Positions 49,306 to 63,250 of a stretch of DNA of 64,000 nucleotides are shown one piece after another; position 1 is the stretch's first letter, and every line of letters begins with the position of its first letter. The stretch is from Phoronis australis. Lineage: Eukaryota > Animalia > Phoronida. Both the position numbers and the translations under genes were made by a program. Where the stretch lies: the NCBI GenBank assembly GCA_002633005.1, contig NMRA01000393.1, forward strand, positions 296,034-360,033, in the 5' to 3' direction. A model generated the notes under the pieces. It ran no database searches, was not told the DNA's origin, and saw only the letters and a program-made list of their open reading frames with translations.

Positions 49306-51800
49306 GCATCTTGCGCCTGGCATCCTCTGCTGCAGCTCTTGCCTGCAAAGAAAAACAAAATTGAGACTGGGGGACCCTGCGGGACCCTGCTGTTGTCCGA
49401 TTTGACCGAAAGTTCATTTGTGATATATTCTTCTCTGTGAAAGCAGGAAGGAACTTGGTAGATACAGAGCCACAGAAAAAATTGCTATCAAAAGGAACCC
49501 CTGCAGTTGTACTTGTCTGAAACGGATCGTCAGCCACGCACTTTCCAGTAGGAACACATACACCAATTTCCGTATCAATCCCCGGATTTGTGATGCACAT
49601 CATGGTGGGTGCATATCGATGTTCTGTGTTACTCTTGTTACAGGAGAAGACATGAACTGAGCTCATGCACATTCTATATTGTGGCGTATAGCCTCTTCTC
49701 TAACAAAAAATTTAAGCGCCTGTGTTCGTCTTCATCGCTGACCTCTATTTTCAAATATCCCAATCCAAGTGCCCTAGATACAGGCATTAATCTGGACAAC
49801 TACGGTATAACCCTGCCTTTGGATTCACAAGAGATTTTGATACTAATAATATAAGGTATAACTGTCTGAATTAGGATTTATAGTCTGGAAATTCTTGAAT
49901 AATACTGAGATCTATGTATTTATAGTTCTGTCTAATCCTGAGGTGATAAGCATGTTGGTTTGAGGAAACATTCTGGGAATATTCAAGGTTACCTGTCGTG
50001 TTCACGGAAGCTCCCACCCCCTATTTTTTATAATTTTCTCACTGCTCGGATAAGTGCCCACCCTGTACTTTGAGAATGTTCAATTGAAGCTGCATTGGGT
50101 AAGCCTGTTACTCATATAATCGTTAAACTTTCATTTTTATTAATCTTGTCAAGTCAAGACTGTGGACTAAATAAGTGAAGAATTACACAAACCGCCCTTG
50201 GGCCAAGCCTTGGGCACTTATCTGGATGAATACAGTATTTCACACTGAATGGTTTACTCCTGACAGATTGGTATGTTTTGATGGTAGATATTGCTACAGT
50301 TGCTGTGTTATCTTTAGGGATAATTATGACAGGTAGATTTAATCTGCTATCTTAGCATGTTTAGATACAGGCACCTGATAGTGTAACAATGGAGGTCAAG
50401 AAGAAATTGAGTTGAGGTCTGACAACAAATAGTTGTATAACATGTCATGTAAATGTTCAGCATTGGATATCAGCAAGAAACTTTTAGTGCACCATTACAC
50501 CCTACCACAGAGCTATAGGCAGAACTGAGTTGTTTGTCTGAAGTAATCACAGCTTAGCTGACAGCTCAAGGTATGAAAATATGACAATTGAATAAACTAG
50601 CCATTATGTCATTCAATTGTTCTTACATTGACATGAGCTGTCTTCTCAAGCTATGGTTCACTAGTGGCTGACAGCCCCCCCCCNTTCATTATGCAGACTG
50701 ATGTTCTGAGGTCTTTTGGTCAGTATTTATGTTCCACATTCATCAACTGTGTTATCGGCTACTAAGAAACAGGACAATTGGCTATTAAAACACTGAGTAG
50801 TCTTTGTAAGATATGCATGGAATGCTAGAGGAATCTGCACAAATCTGGTGAATTAGCAGATGGTGTGTACTACAAGTATGTGACTAGAGTAATGCATAAA
50901 ACATGAGAAAATGATGCAGCTGGGGATTGTGTTGATGTGCTCTAATAACCCAAGCAAGGCGTGTGAAAATGATATGAAATATGAGAACTGCAAAATGTGA
51001 GTTTAACTCGGTCACTTGTTCTTGGAGCATGGTGGGGAGAGAACCAAAGGCAAAATAGTTTTGCATTAAAGTATGATCCTAGTTTTTAGCATTCATCACC
51101 TGGTGGTAATGTACACAACTGATATGCTGTAAAGCTGTGAAGTGCTTTTGGGTAATTTCACCCTTCATTAACTGCAGAATGCACTTGAGGGGAACATTCC
51201 AGTAACACATAAATGTTATTGTAGTTTGACATAGTAAGATAGTGTACAACTGCTGTTCACAGGGACTTGCACACTAGACATTTGTACAAAGCCAGCTTAA
51301 CACACTGGACATATGAAATGGAAAAGTTGTTACAGTGATATCTGCTTTTTAACATTTTGGATAGCTGTGATAAATAAAAATAACCATTTATAATTCATGG
51401 TTCTGGTTGTTATTAAATAGATGTTTGCTTGTGTCTTGTTTATTGGGGAAACATAGCGCTCAAAACAGGTGAAAATGTATGCTCACAAATATGAGTGACG
51501 GCATATTTGCCACTCATTGATTTGGGCTTGTAAAAATTGGTGCCCCAAAAAAGGCCGAACGTCTGCTTGACGCCTATACAAGCGAAGTAAATTTTCTACT
51601 TGAATTCTTTTTTCCATTGTTTTTTTAGCGTTTGCTCACTTATGTCAAACCCTGCATAATAACAATAATAATGATATGTACACGTGTCTTACCAGACTTA
51701 TTATCTTTTTTCTTTAATTTTAACCTGTGTACACAAGTAGCATACTACTAGTTTTTCAAGCAAAGATAACAATTAACTAAAGTTATGTACATAAAATATT

Positions 51801-51846
51801 ACCTCTGAGGATGAAACTAGTCAGTTAGTTGAAACAGCTGTGGGAT
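51801..51846 (+). ncRNA. Degenerate Penelope-type hammerhead motif
   Basis: CTGAGGA-tga-aacta[gtcagt]tagtt-GAAA-CAGCTG-TG; triplet is GUG, so probably inactive. Confidence 0.4.
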
Positions 51847-52402
51847 CTTGTAAACAAGTCTGTCCATTTAGTAAAATATCTACAAAACTATAGATTTTAA
51901 CTTGGTAAAAGTATATATTTTCTAAAACTAGAAAGCCTATAGAATTGATTTTTTATCCATCTGCTCTTAATTGGTCTTGTGGCCATATCTTTTTAGTGAA
52001 ATTTAGCATGTACTGTTTTTGTTAGCCCCTCATGTAAAACTAAAACATTTTAAAAACAATTTCTAATGTTGTAACATGGTATCTGAAATTTTCATATAGG
52101 AATTTGTGGGATATGATGTTCTGAAGTCAGATAAATTTGGCCATTTTATAGGTTCCTACACAAGCTTAAAAGTGCCCAGCTATTCAGCTGTCCATAGTTA
52201 AGTTAGATTTCAGGGAGTTCCACTATGTCACACAAGAATGGATTGATTTTTTTATACTTCTTGAGTTGCCTTTGCATGAAAAGTAAGTCCCACTAAGGTA
52301 CTGTAAATGCTCGGGTTAATGCCCAGGGTGGTTAAATTGGCAAACCCAAAAATTCGGTAGTTTTGGGATCAGAATATATTGTGGAAAAACAAACTAATGC
52401 AT

Positions 52403-52673
52403 CAGTACCAACCACTGCCAGTACCAACCACTGCCAGTACCAACCACTGCCAGTACCAACCGCTGCCAGTACTAACTGCTACCAGTACTAACTGCTACCA
52501 GTACTAACTGCTGCCAGTACTAACCGCTGCCAGTACTAACCGCTGCCAGTACCAACCGTTGCCAGTACCAACTGCTGCCAGTACCAACCGCTGCCGCCAG
52601 TACCAACCACTGCCAGTACCAACTGCTGCCAGTGCCAACCACTGCCAGTACCAACTGCTGCCAGTATAACTGC
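52403..52673. repeat. 16-bp minisatellite x~16
   Basis: cagtaccaaccactgc variants. Confidence 0.9.
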
Positions 52674-54764
52674 TGTCTTTCGATTTAGACTGGATTAAAA
52701 TTCTGTTGCTGTAATTCTGAATGCAAAAATCTATCCTGCTAAGCATTGTCTTGTGTGACTTGAAGCATCCGCGTGACTTGGCAGTTGTGAGAAGGATTGT
52801 CCACTTTAATTCTTGGAATTTATTTTGAATGAAAGTGCTTGAGTCAGGACAATGGCAGTGGAAACTCTGGTGGAAGTCGGCTGGGATTTTGGTGCATAAG
52901 TTGACCGTCAAACTTACAGTGTACAGGGTAAAAAATTTCGAAATATCAAATATGTCGAAGAATATTTGTCCAGCCCGTGTTTCTAAAATTGAAAAAGCTA
53001 TGAGATTTCTATGAGTGGAAACAAGTTTGAAGATAATTATAGGTTGCTGGCTGTGCTAGAGTTGTGTTTTGGACCAATCACAATAGAATGGTGCTTTCGT
53101 TAATTAAGCCAGCTGTGTTATCAGAAATGAATACTTGTGTGAGAGTGGTCTCCGCTATGTTTCACACCACAGTGGTGAGGGTACGACTTTCACGTTTTTG
53201 ATGGGGGCAATTCCAGAATACATGACAGTGAATTGATTTATTTTAACCATGTTGGGTATATACAATCTAGCTAGGTTTTGCTGGCCAAATGTTGCGAAAT
53301 GTGTCTGTCTATTGGTCCATGCCTGCATCAAAGCTGGTCTGTTTTGGTTTCTAAAACAGAACAATTATGAGTTGGTTTCATTGAAGTTCACCCGCTCTCA
53401 GTGTTACCTGCACTTATCTGTAGTGTTTAATTACTATTTCAGCCAGTTGATGGCCAATAGATTCCAACAGTGCAATCCCACAAATGGACACTGTGAATAA
53501 AATCAATGAACAATTAGACATTAACAGCTAGTGACTCATCAATATACTTTTTATTGTGGACAAGCCATACAATCAAAGAACACAATTTAAAACTGAGCTA
53601 AGTGTCTTTTTGGCTTATGGGAATTGTCACAAACACTGTGTAATGTGACATTTTGAGTAGAAACTATGACCTTTCATTTGTTGTTTTTCACATTTTCAAT
53701 GGGTGACTCAAAATTCTCTAGCTCGCAATAAATAAATAAAAGTTTTGCCCATAAGAATGCCAGGTCTTTGTTTTTGTTGAATAACAAAGATATCTGGGAA
53801 TTAATTACAGATTCGCTCTTGGTTGCTGGGATAGGTAACTTGGCCAGCAGAGATCTTTAGTTGTGCAAACAGCTAAAAAAAACAGCTGATTAGTGTTGTA
53901 GTAATGATTTGTTTGCTCTTGAAAACATTTGTTTAAAGCTTAATTTATGCTATGACTATGATGTTCATATTATACCTTCATTGATATAGAAATACTATGC
54001 CAATGAATTAAGAATTAAAATTTGAAATCTCAAAACCACCAGGCTACCATGACGACATAGGTATAAGAGCTTCCAGTGAACATTAAGCTGATAGATGCTC
54101 CATACATGGCTTCATTTAGAGTTTCAAAAAAGAATTGTTGATTCAAAATTTTTTGAAGTCCATGTACATCTTGGCAATACTCAGTATCTAAAACATTATG
54201 TTAATCATTGATGATGACTGGCTGTCAATCAAACTTGAGTCACACTTTGCCAACATGGTGATTAATGTTATAGATTCCAATCCCTTCCCCATGTGATCAG
54301 ATAATTCCATCCCACACTGTTTGTGTTGGGTGAGTCACCTTGTTTGCTCCACAGGCCTGCTGTGCCAAACACTTGGCACATTGCTACTACTAAGTATGTG
54401 TCATCCAGCAGTCACTGGCCTTTCTGATGACTGAACAGACACCTTCAGCATCCAATGTCCAATATTAAGGATGAAATCTGATAACTCAATACAAAGTTCA
54501 GGAGTCATAAAGAAACCTCTGTTCATGAAAAACACTTTTTCCTTGAAATACAGAGATATATTTACGTTTTTCCAAATTTCTAAAATGGTGCTTAACATGT
54601 TGAGAAAAAGCCAGGTGCATCAAATTTCCGAGTTTTGGAAGCTTCTTGGAGTAGAAAATCAATTGTTTTTGACGCTACGTTCAGTAACTACACAGGTCCC
54701 TGGTTATCTTGGAAATTCATTTTTTCCTGTTAATCTCTATGTGTGTATTTACTACCTCTGGTTC

Positions 54765-55063
54765 GACACAAGCTCGTCATCTTAATGCTGCATCAAGTTG
54801 TCCCACGACACAGGCTCCTCATCTTAATGTTGCATCAAGTTGTACCATGACACAGGCTGGTCATCTTAATGTTGTATCAAGTTGTCCCATGACACAGGCT
54901 GGTCATCTTAATGTTGCATCAAGTTGTCCCATGACACAGGCTCCTCATCTTAATGTTGCATCAAGTTGTCCCATGACATAGGCTCGTCATCTTAATGTTG
55001 CATCAAGTTGTCCCATGACACAGGCTCCTCATCTTAATGCTGTGTCAAGTGGTCCCGTGACAC
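54765..55063. repeat. 42-bp minisatellite x7
   Basis: gacacaggctcctcatcttaatgttgcatcaagttgtcccat. Confidence 0.93.
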
Positions 55064-58000
55064 AAATCCAACACTTACATTTGAGGGTTTTGTTATCCCT
55101 ACACCTAAGGTAGCCTGAGCCAGACAATGACTAACCTGTCCTAATCAATTCACAAATTAATCCTCCTGGTTTAGGCGCGATACTGAAAACAAGCTATTCG
55201 CTAATTTTTCTTTTGCCGGTTTCAAAAATTCAAAGACAGCTACTATTTACTTTTCATTTCTAAAAACAGTTATGTTAGTCATTTGCCTTTTAGATTGGTC
55301 GTTTTTTTGGCATTGAAAGTTGTAAGCTAAATAGGCGTGTTGGTTTACGGCCGCAATCATCTTATCCAGCACGTTCAGTCAATCTCAGCGACTAGCTCAC
55401 TTAATACGTGACGGCGCCATCAAGCCGAGGACTTCGCTGAATCCTGTTAGGGTAAGATTTGTCTAATGCATTGAGGAAATTAATACCCCATTCGCAAAGT
55501 GTCTAAAACTCTATTGTTTTCTTTAGCAATTTTACTAGTCGCAAATATGGCAGTCTTGCGTCACTTTTGTTGGAGCTGTACTGGAGATTTGTGTTTCCCC
55601 TAAACTGTTGGCGTATTTGCTAAAACTTTTGTAGTCAGACCTTTAACCAATTCATGGAAGAGAGTGATCCAGCTCCTGTTTGGACTTTAAAGCCACTTCA
55701 GGGTGGAAAGGAAAGGAACTATCTGCCGGCGAAAATGACCCCTAATTGTCTGTCTGGCTAAATCGCTAGCATTTTCGCTTGCTAGGGTTTTCGCAAATTC
55801 TGTGATAATGTCCTACTCCCTAGTGAACACAGTCTGTGCAGGTCACTTGTTTTTGTTCAGTGTCAGGGAGTGCAGAACCAAGCTAGTGACCCTTAGTCAG
55901 GACCATTTCCATCATGTCCTATTGCTTTATCGTTAGCTTGGTCCTAGCGTTACTGAACGCACGCCAGGTATGGGGAGTGGCTCCAAGATCGGAGATCATT
56001 ACAGGAAGAACAACCCCAGTCTACAAATATATCAGTGAATGGTTGGTCCTGTTGGACTCTTACTCCTTCAACTCATGGGTGAACAAGCATTATTGTAGAT
56101 GAAGAGAAATCTTGTTTCAAGAATGATTCAATACTTTACACCCACACGGTTATTAATACTTGGATTTTTACCCAAGATACAGTATATATGTAATTAGACT
56201 ATTGGAGACTAGATGGTTGTCTTTACTAAATAATGTTATCACTAAAATTAGCTCAGCAAGTTTGTTGACACAGAAGGGAAAGGTTTACATAAATAACTAG
56301 TATTGGAATAATCAAGGTATTTTGTGAAGTATCTCGATAACAAGATTCAGCGGATGTTCTTTAATAAGGATTGTGGGAGATGCATTAATTTACAGCTGGG
56401 AAATAGTTTTTCAGAAAATTACGATGTTTTGTGGACCTCATTGCCACAAACATTGCCACATAGCTCAGTTTATTCCATGTCTACACCCAAACCAAGTATT
56501 CTGAACACAGATCATTAGTGGATCAGTGTCTTTCTAATATATTTGTCCACATTAGAAGTTAAATAAACAGGACACACTCCTGTGTTGAGACTAAGCCCAA
56601 TGGGAGAGATTGTGGCATGCTGATACTTGACAGAAGCCACTAATGAGACACAGTACTGATAATCATAAATGGAATAATTTAGTTAAAGGATTATGGATTA
56701 TGTCACATTTCTGCTACAAGTTGGATTCCTGGGAGTTGCCACTACAGCTAATGCTGGAGTGATATCTGACACTTGGCTCATGCTGGATTAAACCAGCATA
56801 CTAGATCTGTTGGTAAGTTTGTGCCAACCACAAGGTGTCACTTTGATCAATCGTTTGGTGTTAATTTAAATCATTTGTCATTCAGAAAATTATATGCACA
56901 GAAATAAAAAAGCATGCAAGGCAGACTTAGGGATGCCTGGGCTCCCAAAACATTGATGGATAGTGATGGAAAGGCTGTTGCAGATGTTTGTCCGTTCCAC
57001 ATTGTGGTCAGTACCCCCCCCCCCTGGGTTGGCAAAAGTACACTGGCCCCTGTGGCTGTGACAGCACTTATGTCCTGCCTCATTCCTTGTGTTTTGGAGA
57101 GACACATGCTTCCCTGTTCATCACTAATGTGTATTTCACTTCATCAGTTTCATTTCTTGGTTCACACTAATGGCTTTTGAGCACTTCATATCTTGCTCAC
57201 CATACCATTTGTTATATTTCCATTATTTTTTATAACTGCCTACATGCAGAAGTCCCGTGACTTGTCTGTAGGTTATATATCACTAGTCTACAGCATTGTT
57301 CTACACAGGGTTTGGTATTTCAAATGCCATTTACTGTCTCAAATTTAATGTAAGGAAAAATGCTTCATATCAACATTGATATTTATTTATATCATGCTTC
57401 ATGATTTCTAACAAAGTGTTTGTAAACACGAATAGTTTGCATGCTTGGAGTCATAACACAGTTTCCATGAAAACTGTGCTGTGGTGCTTATGGCTTGGAA
57501 CATTTTTGCCTTTTATAAATTTTTTCTTGTCAACAGAAGTTTTATGTCGGCTACTTTGGTTATCCGTAAAAAGTACTTGAATGGCAGCGAACCTTTGCAT
57601 TTCTCAAGAGCTCCTCCTTGGTTACTGCCAGCACACCACATTGTCAGCAATCTACTGGCTGCAAGGGACAGTATCCCAATCTATGATTTTTGAGTGCAGG
57701 TAACATGAACTTTAAACCATAGACAGTCAATTAACCTCAGCTGCTGTTCATTACCTGTGAGAGTATAGCCTTGACCCCTTGCTTTTTATAGGTGGGCGTG
57801 GCCACGTGTTGGTTGTAAGCAAGCAGTAGCAATTGGGTAGGCAAAGATATGATTAACATTTACCAGGTCATGATTTTGCTTTGTAGATATTGAGTGCAGT
57901 CTGGGGTTTAAGAATACATTCTAAACTATGTTACTTTGTCCGGGGCGCAAGTACAAAAAATAGGATACTCCGCGCCCATTTAAAGAATTTACTCAAAAAG

Positions 58001-58191
58001 GATTTCCTTAGGGAAAGTCGTCCTTATTTAGATTTTTACTAGAAACAGCACTCTTTTCTTGGGAATCTATAAATTTTACCTCTTTGCAGAGTTTTTAGAT
58101 GGTTGGACATTTTTAAGCTATTTTTAAAGCAAGTTATGAAGACGAGTAAATTATGTTGTCAAAAAGTTTCAAAATATTGCATAGTCGGAAA

Positions 58192-58346
58192 CAGGGGAGG
58201 GTTCTAGGGGGTCCGGTCCTCCTTTTTCCCTTGATTGTAATGATACAAAATCTAGAATTTTCAAATTGTTGACTTGGACCTCTCTTATTAAAAACATCCT
58301 TATTTCCAACGCACCCCACTTTTAAAAGATCTTGGATTCTCCCCTG
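58192..58346. mobile_element. Degenerate short MITE-like element
   Basis: caggggagggttctag / cttggattctcccctg imperfect inverted ends. Confidence 0.4.
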
Positions 58347-61300
58347 TATTGATACCCTTGTGGAAAATATTGTTGTTTGAAAAAAAGAACCTTTTGTATG
58401 GTTTTGAACTCTCAAATTGAACTCTTTAGTAGGGTATTTTAATTTTAACCTAAAAAGCGAAAATGGCACCCTTTTCCAAGGAATATTTTCAGACTACAGC
58501 ATTCTTTTGTAGGGTAATGTTTTCAGACTAAGGCACCTTCTCCTAGGGCAATGCTGGTTGTAAGGCAAGCTATTGACTGGCTATAAATGTTGTTGTTAGC
58601 AGTTGAGTACCAGGTGTCTGCAGTTGGAAGTAGGATGCATTAATTGTCAGATAACTGTAACCATGGAGGACATGGCCACTGTTGCCTTATTCACACCTTG
58701 TCAGTGCCAGTAATACCATTCTGTGGTTGGTTCATGCTTGCAGTCAGCAGGGCTGTCCAGTAATAAATCCCTTTAATTTTTAAGCAGCTATGATCACGTG
58801 CATAGAATATTAATCCTGAAGAGGTGTTAATGTTACTGAAAGTGACATGTTCAAGTTGACTTGTGTACGGTAATGCTCTGAGTGTAGATGTCAACTGATG
58901 CTGTTGTCAGCATTTAAGTGTTTTATTTCAATTTAGTTGTTTCCAAGATAACTACAAAACAAGTGCAGGACCAAGGCATTTTCCAAATATTTATTCTGGC
59001 CACTCTTTTAGCAAAAATTAGGTCAATTGTCAAGGTCAGCTGGCAATGACAATCGATTTGTGTCATGTGATTTGTTATTTTGCTCTAAATTTCATCACTT
59101 GAGAGACTTATGTCCCGATTTAACCCACTTGTTGTTATGACTAGAGTTGATATCACTATATTTAGTTTGATTACAGTTCACTGCGATGAATAGGAGTATA
59201 GCAAAGTTTGTAAATAATTATTATGGAATAGTTAAACTGCTGCACATGTACATAAAATGTAATCCTAGGAAAGGTAAAAAATAAAGAGCTGTTTATCGTC
59301 ACTACCCGTGCCTAAAATGTGCTGCCACAAATTTGTCGTGGTTATTCCAAAAATTTCTTTTATGACATGCTACACATTACAAGCTATGTGCTTCGTCTTT
59401 GCTTTTCTGGAGAAATTTATTAAAATAGAATTTCTTTTGTTTATTGGTCAGACTGCTAAATACGTACTATGTGTTAACGTCCCGTGTTCTGCTTATCGAC
59501 ACATTAAAAATCGGTTTTACGGTAGAAAATGCATTTTTTGGATTATTGTTTTATCGGATAGCTTTGACCAGAGCTAACATTTTAATTCCCGCTGTTATTG
59601 CCACCCATTCAGTGAAACCAAGGCCTGTGCACTTAAACTACACTGCCATTTATTGAGTGAGATTGAAATCAGTTAGTAAAGCATTGACCTATGGCCGCTG
59701 AGCTTATGGGTTGGATTCTGCATTGAAGAAAACCACTTTTTCTGCCGAGAACGTTGCTTTGAACCCAAATTTTCCCTTTTAAACACTTACATTTGCCTTC
59801 CCCCCACTTCAATGTATACTATCAAGATTTTCTGGAAAGTACTGTGTCATTATAATATGGTGCATATATTATCTCCCAAACAGCAGGAAACTAGTTTACC
59901 TTTATTTAACCACCATGAGTGTCATTCACACCATGTCTTATTCAGGTGGGAAACTACCTACAGTCTTCAGCTTTGTTTTATTTGGATACTCATGTTTTAT
60001 TTGATATAAATGTATAGCTCCCTAGGCATTTACTGAAATCGACCATTTGGGCAAACGCTAATCCCAATTTACTAAAAAAGTCATATTGAATGTCATTGCT
60101 CACCTTAACGTAATGGCCACTCTCTGATTTTTAAAGCTGCAATTTTCCTTGTTCAAAGCTAACAAATAAACATAGAATTTATGGTATTTTACTATTACCA
60201 GTCAGTCTTACTGTTACAGGATTACTTTATTTCTACTACAGTGAAAAAAATTTTCAGTTTGATACAGTCAAAAAGTAATTATTTTGGTCAAGAAATACGT
60301 AAGGCAATTGGCTGTCCTAAACTCTAGAATCATGAGAAGATATATTTTGTGTTGGCATCAGCTATTTCCGATGATTTTGTCTCTTTGTTGATACAAAATG
60401 CAGGGTCCAATATTTGAGAATTACCCATGTCTGAATTTTCTGAATCAGGAAATTTAATTTTGGCTTGAATTTCACTGTCACATATTTTAGAAACTTTTCA
60501 GAACTAGAGAATGTTTACCATAGAACATCAAAACTGTCAGCAACTCAAGAAAACACTTTAGAGTTCATTGAGATTGGCCAACTTTAAAAATGGTGCGTGT
60601 ACGCACTGCCTTGCGTCTTGGATTGGTAACAAAAATTCTGTTGTGGTAAGTAATATTTGGAGACCGATTTTATGAAAGTAGAATTTTTAAATAGAATTTC
60701 TTTTTTTAGCTAGCTTTTTTGGACGAAATGCAGCTTTAAATGCCGTGGACACCTTGAATGAATATGACGTAGGTGAGGAAATAATGATCAGTGATCTTTA
60801 TCTGTCTAGAATTAAAATGTTGTTCATATTTTTATATTTCAGGTTTAGTGTACTGGTATACAGCTAGAACTTAACTTCATCTCTCCTTACATTCAAGAGG
60901 TGTGTACTGCTGAGCTTTGAGATTTTACTGGGATAGCAGCTCGCTTCACTTGAAGTATAGATATTGACTTTGTCAAATTGTGAAATTTACATTTCATGTT
61001 TGATTGTAATTTAATAAGCCATAGGATGGACATGGGCTTGTCAACAGTGATCAATGCCAAATTCTTAAATGTTGAGATTCAAGTATATAAATATGACAAC
61101 CGCCTGACGACACAGATATATTAAAAAACTGAATGCTACAAGCATTGCACAAATGGACCTCTTGTGTTTTAATCTTATATTTTAGTCTGTAACTAGTAAC
61201 ACCAATTTTATACACCAATGTATTTAGATGTGGGTGTATAATGAATGAAATTTTACAGACATATAGCTCTCTTAGATAGGAGAGCATAAATGAATTTCCT

Positions 61301-63164
61301 GACAGTTTCAACTAACGATGTGAGACAATGCCATCTTCTTGTTTTCATATGAATTCCACATATTCTGTGGCTAACTTAAAGACCATGGAGGGATCCAACT
61401 GCCACGTTGCCCCTAGTTTTAGTTTTCGTTATTTGCTTCTGTATCTTTGGAGTTTCTTGGTGGATTTTCATGAATGTTGACAAATAAGTCTAGTAAGATG
61501 AGGACACCTTACGTTTTCAGAATTGATATATTCTGTGTCACCCAGTGGCCATTTTAAACATTTTTGGTGTTATCCTTTTTATCCACCAAGCCCCTTGAGG
61601 TATTCTAACCCGGTATTATGAAAATTAGCAGATGTGTTCCTGTTGAGAAGATTGCTGCAGACGTTGATTTTCGTAAATGTAGATTAACAAACCACGCTTA
61701 AAATCATTATGAGAGCGAGCACGGCTGACAATGATTTTCAAACGATTCCCTCTACTGTTGCTGCCCCAATTGGCATTTTTTCTTGTCTGTGGCTTTTTTT
61801 TCTAAACCTGTAGCAGTATCTTCGTAAAATTTGACTTGAAAGTTTTCCAGCAACGTGACAAAAAATGTTGACAACTTCAGACGGATATGACTACCATTGT
61901 GCCCCTAGTGGCAGTTTTATTTTTTGTGATTTCCTCCAATCCATATCTAGATTTCTTTGATGAATTTTCATGAAACTTTGCAAATAGATTTCTATTAAAA
62001 AGACAATAACACCTTCCCATTTTTCTATGAGATTGAGTTATTGGATGCTGCCTAGAGATCATTTTTAAACTGGTTTTGCCATCTTCCTCTCTTTTGCCCA
62101 AACCAGTCATCATTATAAAGTTTGCCATATGTGTATGTACTAAGAAGTGTGTGGCTGACCATGATTTTCAAGCTGGTCTGACTGTTGTGGTGCCCTCTTG
62201 TGGCTGTTTTGTTTTTTGCCTGTGACTCAAGAAGTTCCTTAACAGATCTTCATGAAATTTGACACATATTCCTATTGAGGAGATTACAACTGACATGGTT
62301 TTGGTACAAATCCAACCACTGTGTACTTGCCTGGTGGTAGTTTGGGTCTTGTTTTGAAGAATTTTGTACTGTAATTGATGCAATTGATTCCTATCATCTT
62401 GTACTGTGTCAGTTTTCTTGATGTCACAGTTAACATTTAAACAGGGCTATATATTGGTCAACTGTTACCTTTCATCTAAGTGTAGTAAAAACACAGAGCT
62501 GACAAATTTCCCTGGAGATCACACTGCTAAATCTGCATTAATTTGTTAGCCAGCTTTAATTTTCCACATCAATGACTCTCAGCAATTATGTTGCTAAGTG
62601 TTTGCCAAGTCCAGATTTGTTGTTCCTCTTGATAGAGTATTATACAATTCTAGTGTCTCTGGAGCAAAAAAAAATGTGAAAGACTCTTGTATGTCACTGT
62701 CTTTTTCATGTTTCTCATTCTTTGAATAATTTTTACAGTGGAATTGCTTTGTTGGAATGTTTGTACAATGCACTTGATGGACCATCTGTTTTAAGAAATA
62801 TAAAGAAATCTGTGTGCAGGGTGTTGGTATGACATATTTTCTGGTCAACATAAAGAGTGGCGATCATTCTCCATGTGCTAAGTATTTGTTTGGTGCAATT
62901 ATGTACTAACTTGTAAGTTTCCTATAATCATGTCTCTCTGAAGTCAGTGTAATAGCTATCTCATGATATGTCTATTTCTGACGATCGATTGCAGAAATGG
63001 TAATCTCGCCCGAAGGTTTGTGAAATTGAGTCATCCTTTTTCCTTTTGTTTACGGTGATTGGCGATTCTGTTTACCTTTACCGTGTACAGTTTCACCTAG
63101 CCTAAGACCCTTACATACTGATAACATATAATATGGAAATATATTTAGCCATTACTATTACTGT

Positions 63165-63250
63165 AAAAATTCTTCAATTTTGGGACAAAAATAATTGACA
63201 AAATTGCCGTATTTCTATTTTTCAGGGGCTTACCACATTGTTGCAAATGT
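63165..63250 (+). repeat. Dispersed repeat, also at ~13395-13470
   Basis: ttcttcaattttgggacaaaaataattg...ggcttaccac...caaatgtt at both sites. Confidence 0.7.

Noticed and set aside
48847-49854. ORFs of 150-200 aa on both strands, and a minus-strand acceptor-like site near 49343
   Set aside because: Largely a 33-bp minisatellite; the unique part has no recognisable domain or partner exons
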